The position numbers were made by a program, and so were the translations under genes. 64,000 nt of DNA from Methanobacteriota archaeon (GTDB lineage: Archaea > Halobacteriota > Bog-38 > Methanoflorentales > Methanoflorentaceae): the NCBI GenBank assembly GCA_963719035.1, contig CAVRAO010000002.1, positions 228,144-292,143 on the forward strand. The letters are read 5' to 3'. The notes under the pieces were generated by a model. That model worked only from the letters and a program-made list of their open reading frames with translations, did no database searches and had not been told where the DNA came from. Below are positions 31,714 through 43,576 of this stretch, piece by piece (positions within the stretch are counted from its first letter, which is position 1; every line of letters begins with the position of its first letter).

Positions 31714-32971
31714 TCAAAACAGCCACGCAAGAGTTGACAATGGCGTAGAAGTTGTAGGGTGGAGGGGCACTCTTAATTGAGAGAAGATGCCTAAGTACCG
31801 GCGGGCAATTCTATCCCAAGTAATGGATTGAGCGTATTCATACACTTGGCGGCTCATCGCATTTCGAAGCTCATTATCGCTAACTAAAAGGTTAATTTTT
31901 TCAGCAACGTCCTCAGGATAGCCAAACCTCACCAACATGCCTCTGCCTTGTGACAAGACTTCTGCCGCGTGTGTAAACTCCGTAGCTACAATACTCTTTC
32001 CGCAGCCAATTGCTTGAGATAAAACACCGCTTGATATTTGATTGGGATTTGTGTTTGTCACCGCGCATATATCAGTTGCTAAAAAGTGCGCGATCATCTC
32101 TCTATTTGGCAGGTAGCGCTGGACGAATACGACGTTTTTTGCAAGTCCAAGGCTCTTTACGAGGCTGTCAAGCTTGTCCTTGTATCGCTGTCGCACTTTT
32201 TCGTCAAGAGCTGGATGTGGCACTCCAACGACCATGTTACGTTATGTCTTTGTTTGGATTGGCGTCAATAATAGAAGGTAAAGCTTCTATAACGGTCTCT
32301 ATCCCCTTGTCCGGATTAATTAAACCGTAGCTAGCGATCACAAACTTTCCAGACAAGCCTAAACGCTTTTTCGGCAACGTTGTGTCAATAAAAGGCACCG
32401 CTGGTACCCCGTGCGGGATGAGCGTGAGCTTTTTTTTGTCTAAGCCATAAGTATTGTTTAAAAGTTCAATTCCAGCATATGCCGATGTGACGACCGCATC
32501 TGACAACGCGTAAATGTCTTTCACGACGTCCCTCATTCCAAGCGGTGGATTGGGCAAGATCGTGTGCAGCGTAGTGACTATAGGCTTTCTTACTCGGCGC
32601 ATGAATTCCAAAATGTAGCTGCCAAAGTCGCCTTTATAAAGCCCAAACTCGTGCTGAATATTTATAACGTCAATTTTGGAGCTGTTTATCTTATCAGCAG
32701 CGGCTATGTAACTTTTGACGTCACAATCTTTGATGACGTTAAACGTTTTTGAGATGAAACGCTTGCTAAGCACAAATTCTTTTTTGCTTAGTTGCGCCAC
32801 CTGTTCTCGTAGAGAAGCGTTACTCAAAAAAAGATTCTTGCACTCTTGAACAACGTTGACATTCCAAGTAATATTATCTGCAACATTCGAGATGCTTGCA
32901 GTAAGATCGTTTGTGAAAGTCGCGATACCGCATTCCCGAGGGGGAAACGAACTTACAAAGTTCAAACTCAA
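31714..32971 (-). CDS. Glycosyltransferase family 4. Frameshifted, with an inserted base creating TAA.
   Basis: ORF 32237..32971 is the GT4 N-domain (SFPPRECGIATFTNDL) and ORF 31714..32235 is the GT4 C-domain. A TAA and one extra nt separate them at 32236-32239. Confidence 0.65.
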
Positions 32972-33239
32972 AGGTTTTGAACTTAATATAAAATCATCTC
33001 CAAGACTCAGTTTTGATAGAACTTACACAAATTTATGCCTAGCCGAGCTAAAGCACGAATCCTTTAGCGATTAATCGCGTAATACACGGCTATTGATACT
33101 GACTGAATAGTTCCAGAAAGACGCTACTCAACAACTTACTTAAGCTGCACGTCGAACGAATCAAGTCTTTTTTTTACACTTTTAGCTGAACCGATACTAA
33201 TTAATAGAAGCCAAACCAATGTAAACGCGGTGATATTCG

Positions 33240-33473
33240 ATGGCCGAAGAGAAAAAAGAAGAGTATACGTTTAAGAAAGACATGAAGACGGGAACCCTAA
33301 ATGCCCCTGACACCGATGCTTACAATGCAAACTATGCACACGAACAAGATATGGATAAGATAAAGAAGCTTGAGGTGTGCGACCTCGGCCCTGATCCTGA
33401 CGACATTTGCGAGCCAGAAGAGAAAAAACCAGAACACGTTTTTGTTTCTGAAGAAAAGAAGAAGAAAGAATAG
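33240..33473 (+). CDS. Small, highly acidic hypothetical protein
   Basis: 77 aa, rich in Glu, Asp and Lys. Confidence 0.3.
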   Translation: MAEEKKEEYTFKKDMKTGTLNAPDTDAYNANYAHEQDMDKIKKLEVCDLGPDPDDICEPEEKKPEHVFVSEEKKKKE

Positions 33474-33656
33474 TTGAGGTGATGCGGCTGGTGCTTATCC
33501 ACTCAGTCAAAGTTTCCCCACCTTAATTTTTTTTACGCTTGCGTCATTAGAGTATCAAAGACGCGATACGACGCAGAAGACGTGAAAGTCGATATTGGCC
33601 TTCTGCAGGTTGTTTTTTAAAAGATTTTTTATAGATTGAGGGTAGATTCGACAAAG

Positions 33657-34811
33657 ATGAAGGTATGGTTCATCGGTATAAAGGGCGCTGTCGCTACCAC
33701 AACACTCGTTGGCATTCTCGCGATTAAACGGGGCTTAAGCTCCATGAACGGCATACCTTCTGAGGATAAAAGGTTCTCCCGACTAAATCTTGCGCGACTG
33801 GAAGATATCGAGTTTGGCGGTCACGACATCCGAAACGTCTCGCTCTATGAAGCAATGTGCCGAAATGTAAGCGAGAACAATACGTTTGACATAACGCAAC
33901 TAGCGAAAATGAAAGAGGAGATAGACGTTATTCCAGTAAGATGTGGCATCGTCAACAACTGTGGAAATGCGATAACTGCTCTTTGTGAAACCGATGAGCA
34001 AACGCTGAGCGAAGCGGCAAATCAAATATCAAACGACCTTCAAGACTTTGCTGGAAATGAAGACTGTGTCGTTGTAAACTTAGCCTCAACCGAACCTTTC
34101 TTCGCGCCTCAAGCTGAATATGCCACTCTCGAGAGTTTTGAAGCCGCTATAGAATCGAACTCAAGCCAGATACCAGCAAGTGCAATCTATGCTTATTGTG
34201 CCATAAAGAATGGCATGCCTTACATTAATTTTACTCCGTCTATGGGCAACGATATCTCAGCAATAAAGGAACTGGCAAAAAAACAGGGCGTACCGCACTG
34301 CGGAAAAGACGGGAAAACCGGAGAGACCTTGGTCAAAACAGCACTCGTGCCAATGTTCAAGTATCGCCATCTGAGAATTGACGGGTGGTATGGGAGCAAC
34401 ATCCTTGGAAATTTGGACGGACGCATATTGCAGCACCCTGATAACAAACAATCCAAACTCATCACAAAGACGAGCGTTGTGCCGAAGATGCTAGGATATG
34501 AACCACATTTAGGCAGCCGCATAGATTATTTTCCACCTCTTTCCGATCACAAAGTTGCCTGGGACTTTGTATCATTCAGAGGCTTTTTAGACCATAGGAT
34601 GAATATGCAATTCACCTGGCAGGGGTGCGACAGTGTGTTAGCTGCACCCCTCGTTATCGACCTTGTCCGCTTTATGGAACTAGCAAAGCGAAAAGGTATG
34701 AGTGGGTTGGTAGATGAGCTCGCAGTTTATTTCAAAGACCCACTTGACACCGGTGTTTATGATCTCTACTCACAATATGCCTTATTCAACGAATGGGTTG
34801 AAAAAATGTAG
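33657..34811 (+). CDS. myo-Inositol-1-phosphate synthase, archaeal type
   Basis: MKVWFIGIKGAVATTTLVGILAIKRG N-terminus and MIPS core motifs. ATG at 33657; the track uses an upstream TTG. Confidence 0.75.
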   Translation: MKVWFIGIKGAVATTTLVGILAIKRGLSSMNGIPSEDKRFSRLNLARLEDIEFGGHDIRNVSLYEAMCRNVSENNTFDITQLAKMKEEIDVIPVRCGIVNNCGNAITALCETDEQTLSEAANQISNDLQDFAGNEDCVVVNLASTEPFFAPQAEYATLESFEAAIESNSSQIPASAIYAYCAIKNGMPYINFTPSMGNDISAIKELAKKQGVPHCGKDGKTGETLVKTALVPMFKYRHLRIDGWYGSNILGNLDGRILQHPDNKQSKLITKTSVVPKMLGYEPHLGSRIDYFPPLSDHKVAWDFVSFRGFLDHRMNMQFTWQGCDSVLAAPLVIDLVRFMELAKRKGMSGLVDELAVYFKDPLDTGVYDLYSQYALFNEWVEKM

Positions 34812-34951
34812 CTTTTTTAATCGGCCGAGTAGGGCATATTATGCTACCCCCCAGCGGAAAACAGCGGTGGACGCTTAAATGTTAATAAATCGTCGCGAAT
34901 ATAAACCCTGCAACTATTTATCTTTAGCACCCAATCTTTTTACAGATTACC

Positions 34952-35416
34952 ATGCCTCGCGAAGATAGCGCAGATAAACTAACAGATCGAGGCGATCAGC
35001 GAGTAGATCCCTTAGTCGAAGAAGAGGAAAACACACAACTCGTTAAGTCAAAAGCTCAAAGAGTTGTTGAAGCGGAAGACCAAAGAGAGGACAGAGAGAT
35101 CTATGACGGCTCTCTTGAACTTAAGATAGACGAAGTCCGCGAAGAAAATAATGGTGAAGTTGTCGAAGAGATCGATCACGAGCCATGGGGAAAAGAACCT
35201 GACTATGGATATCAATACGACAAAGAGGTCGTTGAAAAGGAGATTGCTGCTGGTGAAGGCGTCTACACGCCTGAAGGTCGAGAAGAGCTTGTCGAAGACG
35301 ACGAGATAACTGCCGAAGAGGCTTTTTATATGGAAGGACGTGACAAGGTCTTCAAAAGCAAGACCAAGGATCACCCAAACAACCCCGAAATTGAAGAGCA
35401 GTGGAAAGAGGACTAA
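34952..35416 (+). CDS. Highly acidic hypothetical protein
   Basis: 154 aa with about 35% Asp+Glu. Confidence 0.3.
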   Translation: MPREDSADKLTDRGDQRVDPLVEEEENTQLVKSKAQRVVEAEDQREDREIYDGSLELKIDEVREENNGEVVEEIDHEPWGKEPDYGYQYDKEVVEKEIAAGEGVYTPEGREELVEDDEITAEEAFYMEGRDKVFKSKTKDHPNNPEIEEQWKED

Positions 35417-35526
35417 CCCCAAGTCTTTTCCACCCTCAAACCTACCAGATCACATTTCTATCATACCCGTTGTTCTTTCGGTTGAATATGGGTCTAAGTT
35501 TCCTAAATAACCTCAAAGCTCCAAAT

Positions 35527-36855
35527 TCATGAGCTATTGCTGTTTCCATTTAACTCGTTGTTGAGGAATTTTTCGTAGCCGGCAAGGTCTAAAAGCCCGT
35601 GGCCACTAAGATTAAACACAATTACCTTAGCCTCACCGGTCTTCTTGCATTTGATAGCTTCGTCTATTGCTGCCTGAATCGCATGACTCGATTCTGGAGC
35701 TGGACAAATGCCTTCAGTCTGGGTGAAGAGAGCACCGGCCTTAAACGTCTGAACCTGCTCAAAGGACACGGCGTCTATATAGCCGAGATTCTTTAGAAGA
35801 CTCAAGCTTTGTGCAGCCCCGTGATAACGAAGCCCGCCTGCGTGTATAGGTGAGGGAACAAAATCGTGTCCTAATGTATACATTTTCACCAGTGGCGCAA
35901 AACCTGCCACGTCGCCGAGGTCGTACCTGTATTCGCCCTGTGTGAGCGACGGACAACTCGTCGGTTCCACACCTACAAATCGAGTTCCATTGCCATTTCT
36001 GATGTGATCGCCAAGAAGAGGATACGAAAACCCAGAGAAATTCGATCCCCCACCCACACACCCGATCATAATGTCAGGATTTTCGTCTGCTTTCTTGAGC
36101 TGCGCAACCGTCTCTTCTCCTATGATTGTCTGATGAAGCAGAACGTGTTCAAGCACAGACCCCAAAGAATATTTAGTCGTTGCAGATTCAAGACTCGTTT
36201 CCGCTGCCTCACTTATAGCAAGCCCTAGAGAACCTGGATGATTTGGAGACTTCGCAAGCACTTGTCGTCCGCTTTGCGTCAAAGTTGACGGCGAAGGAAT
36301 GACCTCGGCCCCATAGAGCCGCATGAGCGTTTTTCGTCCTGGCTTTTGATCGTAGCTCACTCTGACCATAAAAACCTTGCACGAAAGGTCAAACATGGAA
36401 CACCCGAGCGCTAGCGCGGTGCCCCACTGCCCTGCCCCGGTCTCTGTTACGAGACCTTCGCTGCCGTCTATTTTATTGTAGTACGCCTGGGCAATGGCCG
36501 TGTTTGGCTTGTGTGATCCTGCGAACGATACGTCTTCTCGCTTATAATAGATACGGGCAGGCGTCTTCAAATAGTTCTCAAGCCTTTTAGCCCGGTACAG
36601 CGGGGTCGGTCGACCGAGTCTGAAATATGCTTCTAAAATCTCGTCAGGTATATCGATATAACGGCTTGTTGCCACTTCTTGCTTTACCAACGATGGCGAA
36701 AAAAGTGCAAGCAGATCGTCCGGTGTCGCCGGCTCTTCCGTTTTGGGATTTAACGGAGGCGGTAGTTTAACCGGTAGATCCGCCTGAATGTTATACCAGC
36801 TTCTTGGCATCTCATCTTCATCTAACAAGATTTTTACGTTTTCCATGCTAACCAC
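35527..36855 (-). CDS. trpB2: Tryptophan synthase beta chain-like protein (TrpB2), PLP-dependent
   Basis: 442 aa with TrpB2-type N-terminal extension and motifs. Confidence 0.75.
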   Translation of the reverse strand: MVSMENVKILLDEDEMPRSWYNIQADLPVKLPPPLNPKTEEPATPDDLLALFSPSLVKQEVATSRYIDIPDEILEAYFRLGRPTPLYRAKRLENYLKTPARIYYKREDVSFAGSHKPNTAIAQAYYNKIDGSEGLVTETGAGQWGTALALGCSMFDLSCKVFMVRVSYDQKPGRKTLMRLYGAEVIPSPSTLTQSGRQVLAKSPNHPGSLGLAISEAAETSLESATTKYSLGSVLEHVLLHQTIIGEETVAQLKKADENPDIMIGCVGGGSNFSGFSYPLLGDHIRNGNGTRFVGVEPTSCPSLTQGEYRYDLGDVAGFAPLVKMYTLGHDFVPSPIHAGGLRYHGAAQSLSLLKNLGYIDAVSFEQVQTFKAGALFTQTEGICPAPESSHAIQAAIDEAIKCKKTGEAKVIVFNLSGHGLLDLAGYEKFLNNELNGNSNSS

Positions 36856-36982
36856 GATGTCTATTTTTATACTTTAAAGGTAGTATTTATCCTTCAATGT
36901 ATGTCTATGTTTTATATAGTTATCGACAGGTCGCTTAATTTAAGCACAAGCTCACATCTAATAAATTAAATTCCGCTTTTAA

Positions 36983-37672
36983 GTGTATAGTTATAAAAAC
37001 CTGCAACACACAGTGATGTGCATGTATAAGGACCGTATCCAAGCTGGACATGCACTCGCTGACTTGTTAGCGCGATACGAAAGTCAAAATGCCGTAGTAT
37101 TAGCAATTCCTCGAGGAGGCGTTCAAGTCGCATTTCCTATAGCGACGCGGCTACGCGCACCACTTGATTTAGTGATACCGCGAAAGCTGCCAATTCCGTC
37201 GAACAGTGAAGCTGGCTTCGGGGCAATCACAGCAGACGGATCTAAAGTCCTAAACGACGATCTCATCACCTACGTCGGACTGACGGACGTCGAAATCAAT
37301 GGAATCGCAGGAAATGTGCTTGAGGAAGTCAAACGCCGAGAAAAAAGATATAGAGGGGACAAACCATTCCCAGATTTGGCAGCCCGCATCGCCATAATAG
37401 TCGACGACGGCTTAGCAACAGGGTATACGGCCCTAGCTGCTATCGATTATGTCAGAAAGCGCCGGCCTAAGAAAGTGATTATGGCGGTACCTGTTGCTTC
37501 TAAGGACGCCGAAATGCTCGTTAAATCTCGAGTTGACGAATACATTTGTCCGCTCACAAGCAATCGTCCGTGGTTTGCTGTTGCAAGCTTCTATGAACGG
37601 TTCTCTGATCTGAATGACGAGGAAGTGCTCAATTGCCTGAAAAAGTACGAACTAGTAGTTGAAGGGTGGTGA
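36983..37672 (+). CDS. Phosphoribosyltransferase-domain protein
   Basis: PRTase motif IAIIVDDGLATGYT. The start is probably an internal Met near 37019. Confidence 0.6.
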   Translation: MYSYKNLQHTVMCMYKDRIQAGHALADLLARYESQNAVVLAIPRGGVQVAFPIATRLRAPLDLVIPRKLPIPSNSEAGFGAITADGSKVLNDDLITYVGLTDVEINGIAGNVLEEVKRREKRYRGDKPFPDLAARIAIIVDDGLATGYTALAAIDYVRKRRPKKVIMAVPVASKDAEMLVKSRVDEYICPLTSNRPWFAVASFYERFSDLNDEEVLNCLKKYELVVEGW

Positions 37673-37678
37673 CTTACG

Positions 37679-40346
37679 CTATGTTCGTTTGACAATAATT
37701 GTCCCTTCGCTTAGCTTAATAACGTCGACGACCATTCCCTCCACAAACAGCTCTTTTTTAACAATGAAATCCGTCGGCAAAAACTCATGACCGTTAATCC
37801 TGACCGATCCCGTTCCGATTTGATCCGCGATTTCCTCAACAGGAACGCTTTTTATTAACTCTGCTACACGCATTGCTTCAGACTTAAAACGCGGACCTAA
37901 CGAACCAAGATTTGGACTAATTTCAGATATATGCTCGAGAATATCTGGTTTGCCTGTCCTATATTCAATATCGGCATTGAGCGTATTATTAATATCTGGC
38001 GCTCCGGTAGACATATCGCGATCTAAATACACATAAAGCCCTTCAATTCGAGCGTTCAGTGCGATGCGTTGCTCAGATTTGTATCGCCTAACACTGGCAA
38101 TAATTTCTTTAACTAGCTCTCCTGTGCGACGGGCTTCCTGGACGTCTTTTTGAGACGCTGCTATGGCTATTTGCTGAACATCCCCTGTGGTGGTTGTCGA
38201 TTCGGTAGAAGTCACGCCGAGTGGTTTTAGGCAAAGAACAGGCCACGAGTGTAAATGAACACTTTCATCGCCGGGGTTTATGTGCGAAAACAACTCCTCC
38301 GAAAAGAATGGACAAAATGGTGCTAGCAGCTTGGCAATCGTATTAAGCGCGAGGTGTAAAGCAGCGAGGCTGTACGCGTCCCGTTCATAGAGCCTTCCTT
38401 TAACCGCTTCGATATAATGGTCAGCTAATATATTCCAAACGAAAGATCGAATTTCTTTAAGGGCCTCGTCAAAGGCAAACCGGTCCATACTGGAGGTGAC
38501 AGAGTCAACCAGCTCAATAAGATTACACATTAACCATATCTCACTTGGATTTTGAGATCTATAAATGACTGGCTGGACTCCTTGAGTGAAATGTAACATG
38601 GCAAATCTAAAGATATTCCAAAGCTTGGTTAAAAATCTTGAAGAGGCTTTCAAGTCTTTTGTGTTATATGGAACGTCAGATCCAACTGAGCCCCCTATTG
38701 CTGCCCATTGCCGAAGCGCGTCCGTGCCATATTGCTCAATAACGCTTTCAGGAGCGACGATATTACCAAGCGACTTGCTCATCTTCTGGTTGTCTTTACC
38801 GAGTACCATCCCATTGACTAAAACGCTTTCCCAGGGCTTGCTCCCCACGAGAGCGTCTGATCGTAGTATTGTATAAAACGCCCATGTCCTAATGATGTCG
38901 TGACCTTGTGGCCGCAATTGAGTGGGAAACTGTCGCTCGTACTGAGCGTTAGGCCAACCTGCTGCATTTAGAGCAGAGAGCGATGAGTCCATCCATGTGT
39001 CTAATACGTCGTATTCAGGTGTAAAACTCGATGACCCGCATTCACAAACACGGGCAGGAGCTTCTTGAGTGGGATCCAAAGGCAACCAACTTTCTTCAGC
39101 AACCACGACCGTATCACATCCGTCACAGTACCAAACTGGAATAGGTGTAGCGAAAATCCGTTGGCGAGAGATACACCAGTCCCACTCGACGCTTTCAGTC
39201 CAATTCTTCAAGCGATGCAATGAGTACCGACGGGATCCACTCAATCTCTGATGCTCGAGCGAGTATTGTATCCTTATTAATCTTTACAAACCACTGGCTC
39301 TCAGAAAGGATCTCAATCGGGGTTTTACATCGATCGTGAAATCCCACATTCTGCTCAATGCGTTCCTGTTTTTGTAAGAGCTTACCGTTAAAAAGATCTC
39401 CGATAATGCGCTCTTTTGCCTCGCCAATGGTTAGGCCGCTGTATCGTGTATCAGTCATGCGGCCATCTTTTCCAATCACTTTTTTAAGTCGCAGATTGTG
39501 CTTTTTCCACCAGCGCACGTCTTGCTTGTCGCCAAATGTGCAGATCATCACTACGCCAGTGCCAAACGTGGGATCAACCGCTTCGTCGCCAATTATGGCG
39601 ACCTCCTCATCATAAAGGGGCGTTCGTACTGTCCCGCCAATTAAACGGACATAGCGTTCATCACTGGGGTTAACTGCAACAGCAACGCAAGCACCTAAAA
39701 GTTCGGGACGCGTTGTAGCTATTTCGACTGATCCTAAGTCGCTGCTTTCAAAAAAAAGATGATGAAGAATGGTCGACCGTGAGTCATAATCTACTTCAGC
39801 AAATGCGATAGCCGTCTCACAGCGTGGGCACCAGTTTACGGGGTGCTCATCTTTGTAAATGAGGTCGTTATTATACATTTGCACGAACGATTTCTGCGTC
39901 TTAGCGTAGTAGGCCTTATCCATAGTCACAAACTCTTGCGACCAATCTATGGAAAAAGCAAGACGCTGCATCGTTCCCTTCATCAACGCAATGTTTTCTC
40001 GAGTCAAGCTTTCGCACAGCCCTCTGAATTCTGCACGTGGGATCTGGTTTTTCGTTACATTGTAGGTTGTTTCGACCTTTACCTCAGTCGGAAGCCCGTG
40101 ACAGTCCCATCCTTGCGGAAATTTAACGTCACAGCCCTTCATACGCTTATAGCGCGCGATGAAGTCTATATAACACCAATTAAGGGCGTTTCCAAGGTGA
40201 AAATTACCAGTTGGATATGGCGGCGGCGTATCGATTATAAAGCGCTCTTTTATTTCCCCGCCGCGATAACGATACATGTCCGAGTCCCAAGCGGTCAGCC
40301 ATTTTGACTCAATGTATTCATAATCAAAGTTCTTTGGTATAGCCAT
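37679..40346 (-). CDS. valS: Class-I aminoacyl-tRNA synthetase, most likely valyl-tRNA synthetase. Frameshifted.
   Basis: ORF 39195..40346 carries the HLGN (HIGH-type) N-terminus and ORF 37679..39244 carries WDWCISRQR and KMSKS. The join ...EIEWIPS/YSLHRLKNW needs one G removed near 39226-39234. The total is about 890 aa. Confidence 0.7.
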
Positions 40347-40381
40347 ACTCCCTCACAAGCATAGTTTGAGCTGATTCGTTA

Positions 40382-41113
40382 TCAAAACGCTCCAATGGAC
40401 TCGTTAACAACATCGTTAGAAAGCGTACCGACACCGGGGATCTCCACCTCAACGGTATCCCCCTCTCTCAGCTGCCCCACACCTCGCGGGGTGCCAGTAG
40501 CGATTATATCTCCAGCTTCAAGCGTCATAATCCGCGATATAAACCTTATCAAATAATCAACGTCAAAGATGAGATCCCTAGTATTTGAACTCTGCCGCAA
40601 TCGACCGTTAACCCGTGTCTTGATCGATACATTCCTAGGATCTAGATCAGTCGAAACAAACGGACCGACTGGTGCGAAGGAGTCAAAGCTCTTTGCACGA
40701 GTCCATTGACCATCCTCTTTTTGCAAGTCTCGTGCGGTCACATCATTAAAGCACGTATACCCAAGTATAACTTGTTCAGGGTTAACCACGTTTTTACATC
40801 TCTGACTAATAACCACTCCAAGTTCCCCTTCATAATCAACACGCGTACTAGAGATTGGATAAACAATGCTTTCGCCAGGACCAATCACGCTAGTCGATGG
40901 TTTGAGGAAAAGCACAGGATTCGCTAGGACTGATTCTTTCAGTTCCAGCGCGTGATCAGTGTAATTCAAGCCCACACAAACGATCTTGCTTGGACAGGTC
41001 GGTGCAAGCACTGTGACGTCCTCAAGGTCGTACGTAATTCCATTTCTATGCACGCATTTACCATCAAAAATCCCGGAAAAAACCTCTTGTTGAGCCTTAA
41101 AGCGGCCGATCAC
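40382..41113 (-). CDS. Fumarylacetoacetate hydrolase family protein
   Basis: FAH fold motifs, 243 aa. Confidence 0.65.
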   Translation of the reverse strand: MIGRFKAQQEVFSGIFDGKCVHRNGITYDLEDVTVLAPTCPSKIVCVGLNYTDHALELKESVLANPVLFLKPSTSVIGPGESIVYPISSTRVDYEGELGVVISQRCKNVVNPEQVILGYTCFNDVTARDLQKEDGQWTRAKSFDSFAPVGPFVSTDLDPRNVSIKTRVNGRLRQSSNTRDLIFDVDYLIRFISRIMTLEAGDIIATGTPRGVGQLREGDTVEVEIPGVGTLSNDVVNESIGAF

Positions 41114-41859
41114 AATTTCACCTTTCTGCCCGTCGCGTCGCGCATATATCTCCCAAATTCGCCCTCGTTCAGCTGTTTTCCCGTGAAAACAGGACCATCA
41201 ATACATACGCGCAACCCTGAAGGATCGATACAACATGAACCACATAAACCAACGCCACACTTGATATAACGCTGCAAGCTAAACTGACTCTGCACTCGCG
41301 CCTCAACTGCGTGATCTAACACTTTGCGCATCATTTTTTCAGGACCACATGATGCTATCTCTTGGTAGCCTTCAGCGCGCTTAAGCAAATCAATAGTCAA
41401 TCCTTTAAATCCAGCCGAGCCGTCTTCCGTCGCCACTAAAAGAGGTCCTGAGCTCTCAAAACGTTCGCGGAACAACAATTCATCCTCTGTCTTGGCTCCG
41501 AGAATCGTTGTAACCCTGTTTTTTAGCACGTCTGCCAAAGGTGCTAGTGGAGCGGCTCCAACGCCTCCTGCAACGAGCAGCGCAGGCAGTTTTGTTACAG
41601 TGAAGCCATTGCCAAATGGACCCCGCATGCCAAGAGAGTCGCCTACGTTCAACCTAAACAAAGCTTCGGTAGCATCGCCTACTTTTCTAACAGTGATACC
41701 GTTTGCGTACGACAGACTCATCGGTATCTCATCAACGCCTCGAATCCAGACCATAACATATTGGCCTGGTGTAAATTTAAAAGAGTGATCGAAAAAGAAT
41801 GTCTTTATGTCTTTAGATTCAGATTTGATGCCTGTAATTTCGACATTTCTCACATACAT
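41110..41859 (-). CDS. PyrK-like FAD/NAD(P)-binding oxidoreductase electron-transfer subunit with a 2Fe-2S site
   Basis: Ferredoxin-reductase fold with a C-terminal CGVGLCGSCC cluster motif. Confidence 0.6.
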   Translation of the reverse strand: MYVRNVEITGIKSESKDIKTFFFDHSFKFTPGQYVMVWIRGVDEIPMSLSYANGITVRKVGDATEALFRLNVGDSLGMRGPFGNGFTVTKLPALLVAGGVGAAPLAPLADVLKNRVTTILGAKTEDELLFRERFESSGPLLVATEDGSAGFKGLTIDLLKRAEGYQEIASCGPEKMMRKVLDHAVEARVQSQFSLQRYIKCGVGLCGSCCIDPSGLRVCIDGPVFTGKQLNEGEFGRYMRDATGRKVKL

Positions 41860-42137
41860 CGTCCCTAAAAAGGACGTAAGCCGTATTTTAAGTTTCTCTT
41901 TCCCACTGTGTCCGTTAGCTGAGTGCCGTTCAGTTTGTTATGAAGTTAACGCCTGCGCCACCTGGCTTTGAAACTCACAGCTAAGTAACAGTCGAAACCA
42001 AAAAAATTGGCCCATTGTGAGACCTAGCAATGACATGTAATAAACAGGCGAACTACGCTCTCCTCAACTCACCTAAACACCCTTGAAAGGCTTAACCAGG
42101 GTCAGCAACATAGTTAAGTCTCTAAAGGTAATCGATC

Positions 42138-43061
42138 ATGCCGAGCATGAGATCAATGGGACATAACGCAGAGGTAATAGGATTCGGAGCGCTGAATTGC
42201 GATAAGATATACCGGGTAGAGGACTTAGCACCTCCTGGAAGAGAGACTGGTATCATTTCCGCTACAAGGCAGCCAGGGGGCTCTGCGGCGAATACAATTG
42301 TAGGATTGACTCGCTTAGGGATCAAAACAGGGTTTATTGGCACCGTAGGAAACGACAGAGAAGGCTCACTTTTATTAGATGACTTGAAGCGGGAAGGTGT
42401 CAATCTGCAGGGTATCATAAAAGTAGATGGAGATACTGGTGCCGCATTGATATTCATAGACTCGTGCGGTGAAAGAGCTATCTATATCCTTCCAAGTGTC
42501 AATGACACGTTCATAACAGCGAATCATGATTACGCAAAAAACGCCAAAATACTGCACGTTAGTTCTTTTACGGGAATCGACCAACTCAGAATGCAAATCT
42601 CATATGTTAAACAACTTCAGGGGAAACGAACGAAAATTTCATTTAGCCCTGGCAACATGTATGTGAAGCTTGGACTAAATGAGCTTAAACCACTAATTGA
42701 GCGATCATTCTTGCTGTTCCTGAACAGAGAAGAGGCGAAAACATTAACCGGATCGCCTGACGTTGAAGATGTGGCATCTCTCCTTGACCTAGGTACAAAG
42801 ATTGTTGCTGTCACACTTGGAGATCTAGGATCGCACGTTGTAACGCACAGTAAAAGCTTTTATTTGCCCCCCTTCAAATCGAAAATAAATGACACTGTAG
42901 GGGCAGGTGACGCGTTTGCTGCGGGTTTTTTGTACGGACAGTTAACCGGCAAGGACCTTCGAGAGTCAGGTCTTTACGGCAACTTCATGGCTTCTAAATC
43001 GATCGGTGAGCTTGGGGGCAGAAAAGGGCTCTTGAGAGATCTGAAAGGACTTAGTAACTGA
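42138..43061 (+). CDS. PfkB-family carbohydrate kinase
   Basis: GAGDAFAAGFLYG signature. Confidence 0.7.
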   Translation: MPSMRSMGHNAEVIGFGALNCDKIYRVEDLAPPGRETGIISATRQPGGSAANTIVGLTRLGIKTGFIGTVGNDREGSLLLDDLKREGVNLQGIIKVDGDTGAALIFIDSCGERAIYILPSVNDTFITANHDYAKNAKILHVSSFTGIDQLRMQISYVKQLQGKRTKISFSPGNMYVKLGLNELKPLIERSFLLFLNREEAKTLTGSPDVEDVASLLDLGTKIVAVTLGDLGSHVVTHSKSFYLPPFKSKINDTVGAGDAFAAGFLYGQLTGKDLRESGLYGNFMASKSIGELGGRKGLLRDLKGLSN

Positions 43062-43196
43062 TCATTCACATACCGCGCGAGCCGTCGATAAGTACAATAA
43101 GCAGTTTTATAGCTTAAGCTAGATTAGCGCGTAAATTATGGTCAACAGGCGATTGGCGCTTTCGTCTCGGTGTTAAAAAAAGCAAAAGCGGTTAAG

Positions 43197-43472
43197 TTAC
43201 TTGTTACTTGCTACTGTAATTTCGATTGCTGAGACGTTCGTTTCACCAGTCTCGGTACTAAGACTCTCAGTGGAGATCGCTATGTCCTTCACGCTGGCTT
43301 CTGTAAGGAACCGATTTCGTGCAATTTCTGCGACATCAACTGCCCGCGAAATGGCCCTCCCTCGAGCTTTTATCAAGACCTCGTCGGCTCCGTTGTTAAA
43401 CTGCGTTACCACGGCTAGCACGTAATTCATCACAGGTTTGTTGCCTACGTAGATTATGTTGTCGTCTGTCAT
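43197..43472 (-). CDS. alba: Chromatin protein Alba
   Basis: [21 protein letters not shown]...[17 protein letters not shown]. Confidence 0.85.
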   Translation of the reverse strand: MTDDNIIYVGNKPVMNYVLAVVTQFNNGADEVLIKARGRAISRAVDVAEIARNRFLTEASVKDIAISTESLSTETGETNVSAIEITVASNK

Positions 43473-43576
43473 ACTGTGCCTCCCTTGAGGATCTAACAGA
43501 CACAAACGCTTTATGATAGATAAAACTTTCTAACTAAATTTGGTCCTTTAAAACCAAACAAAGTTCACATAGGGCT

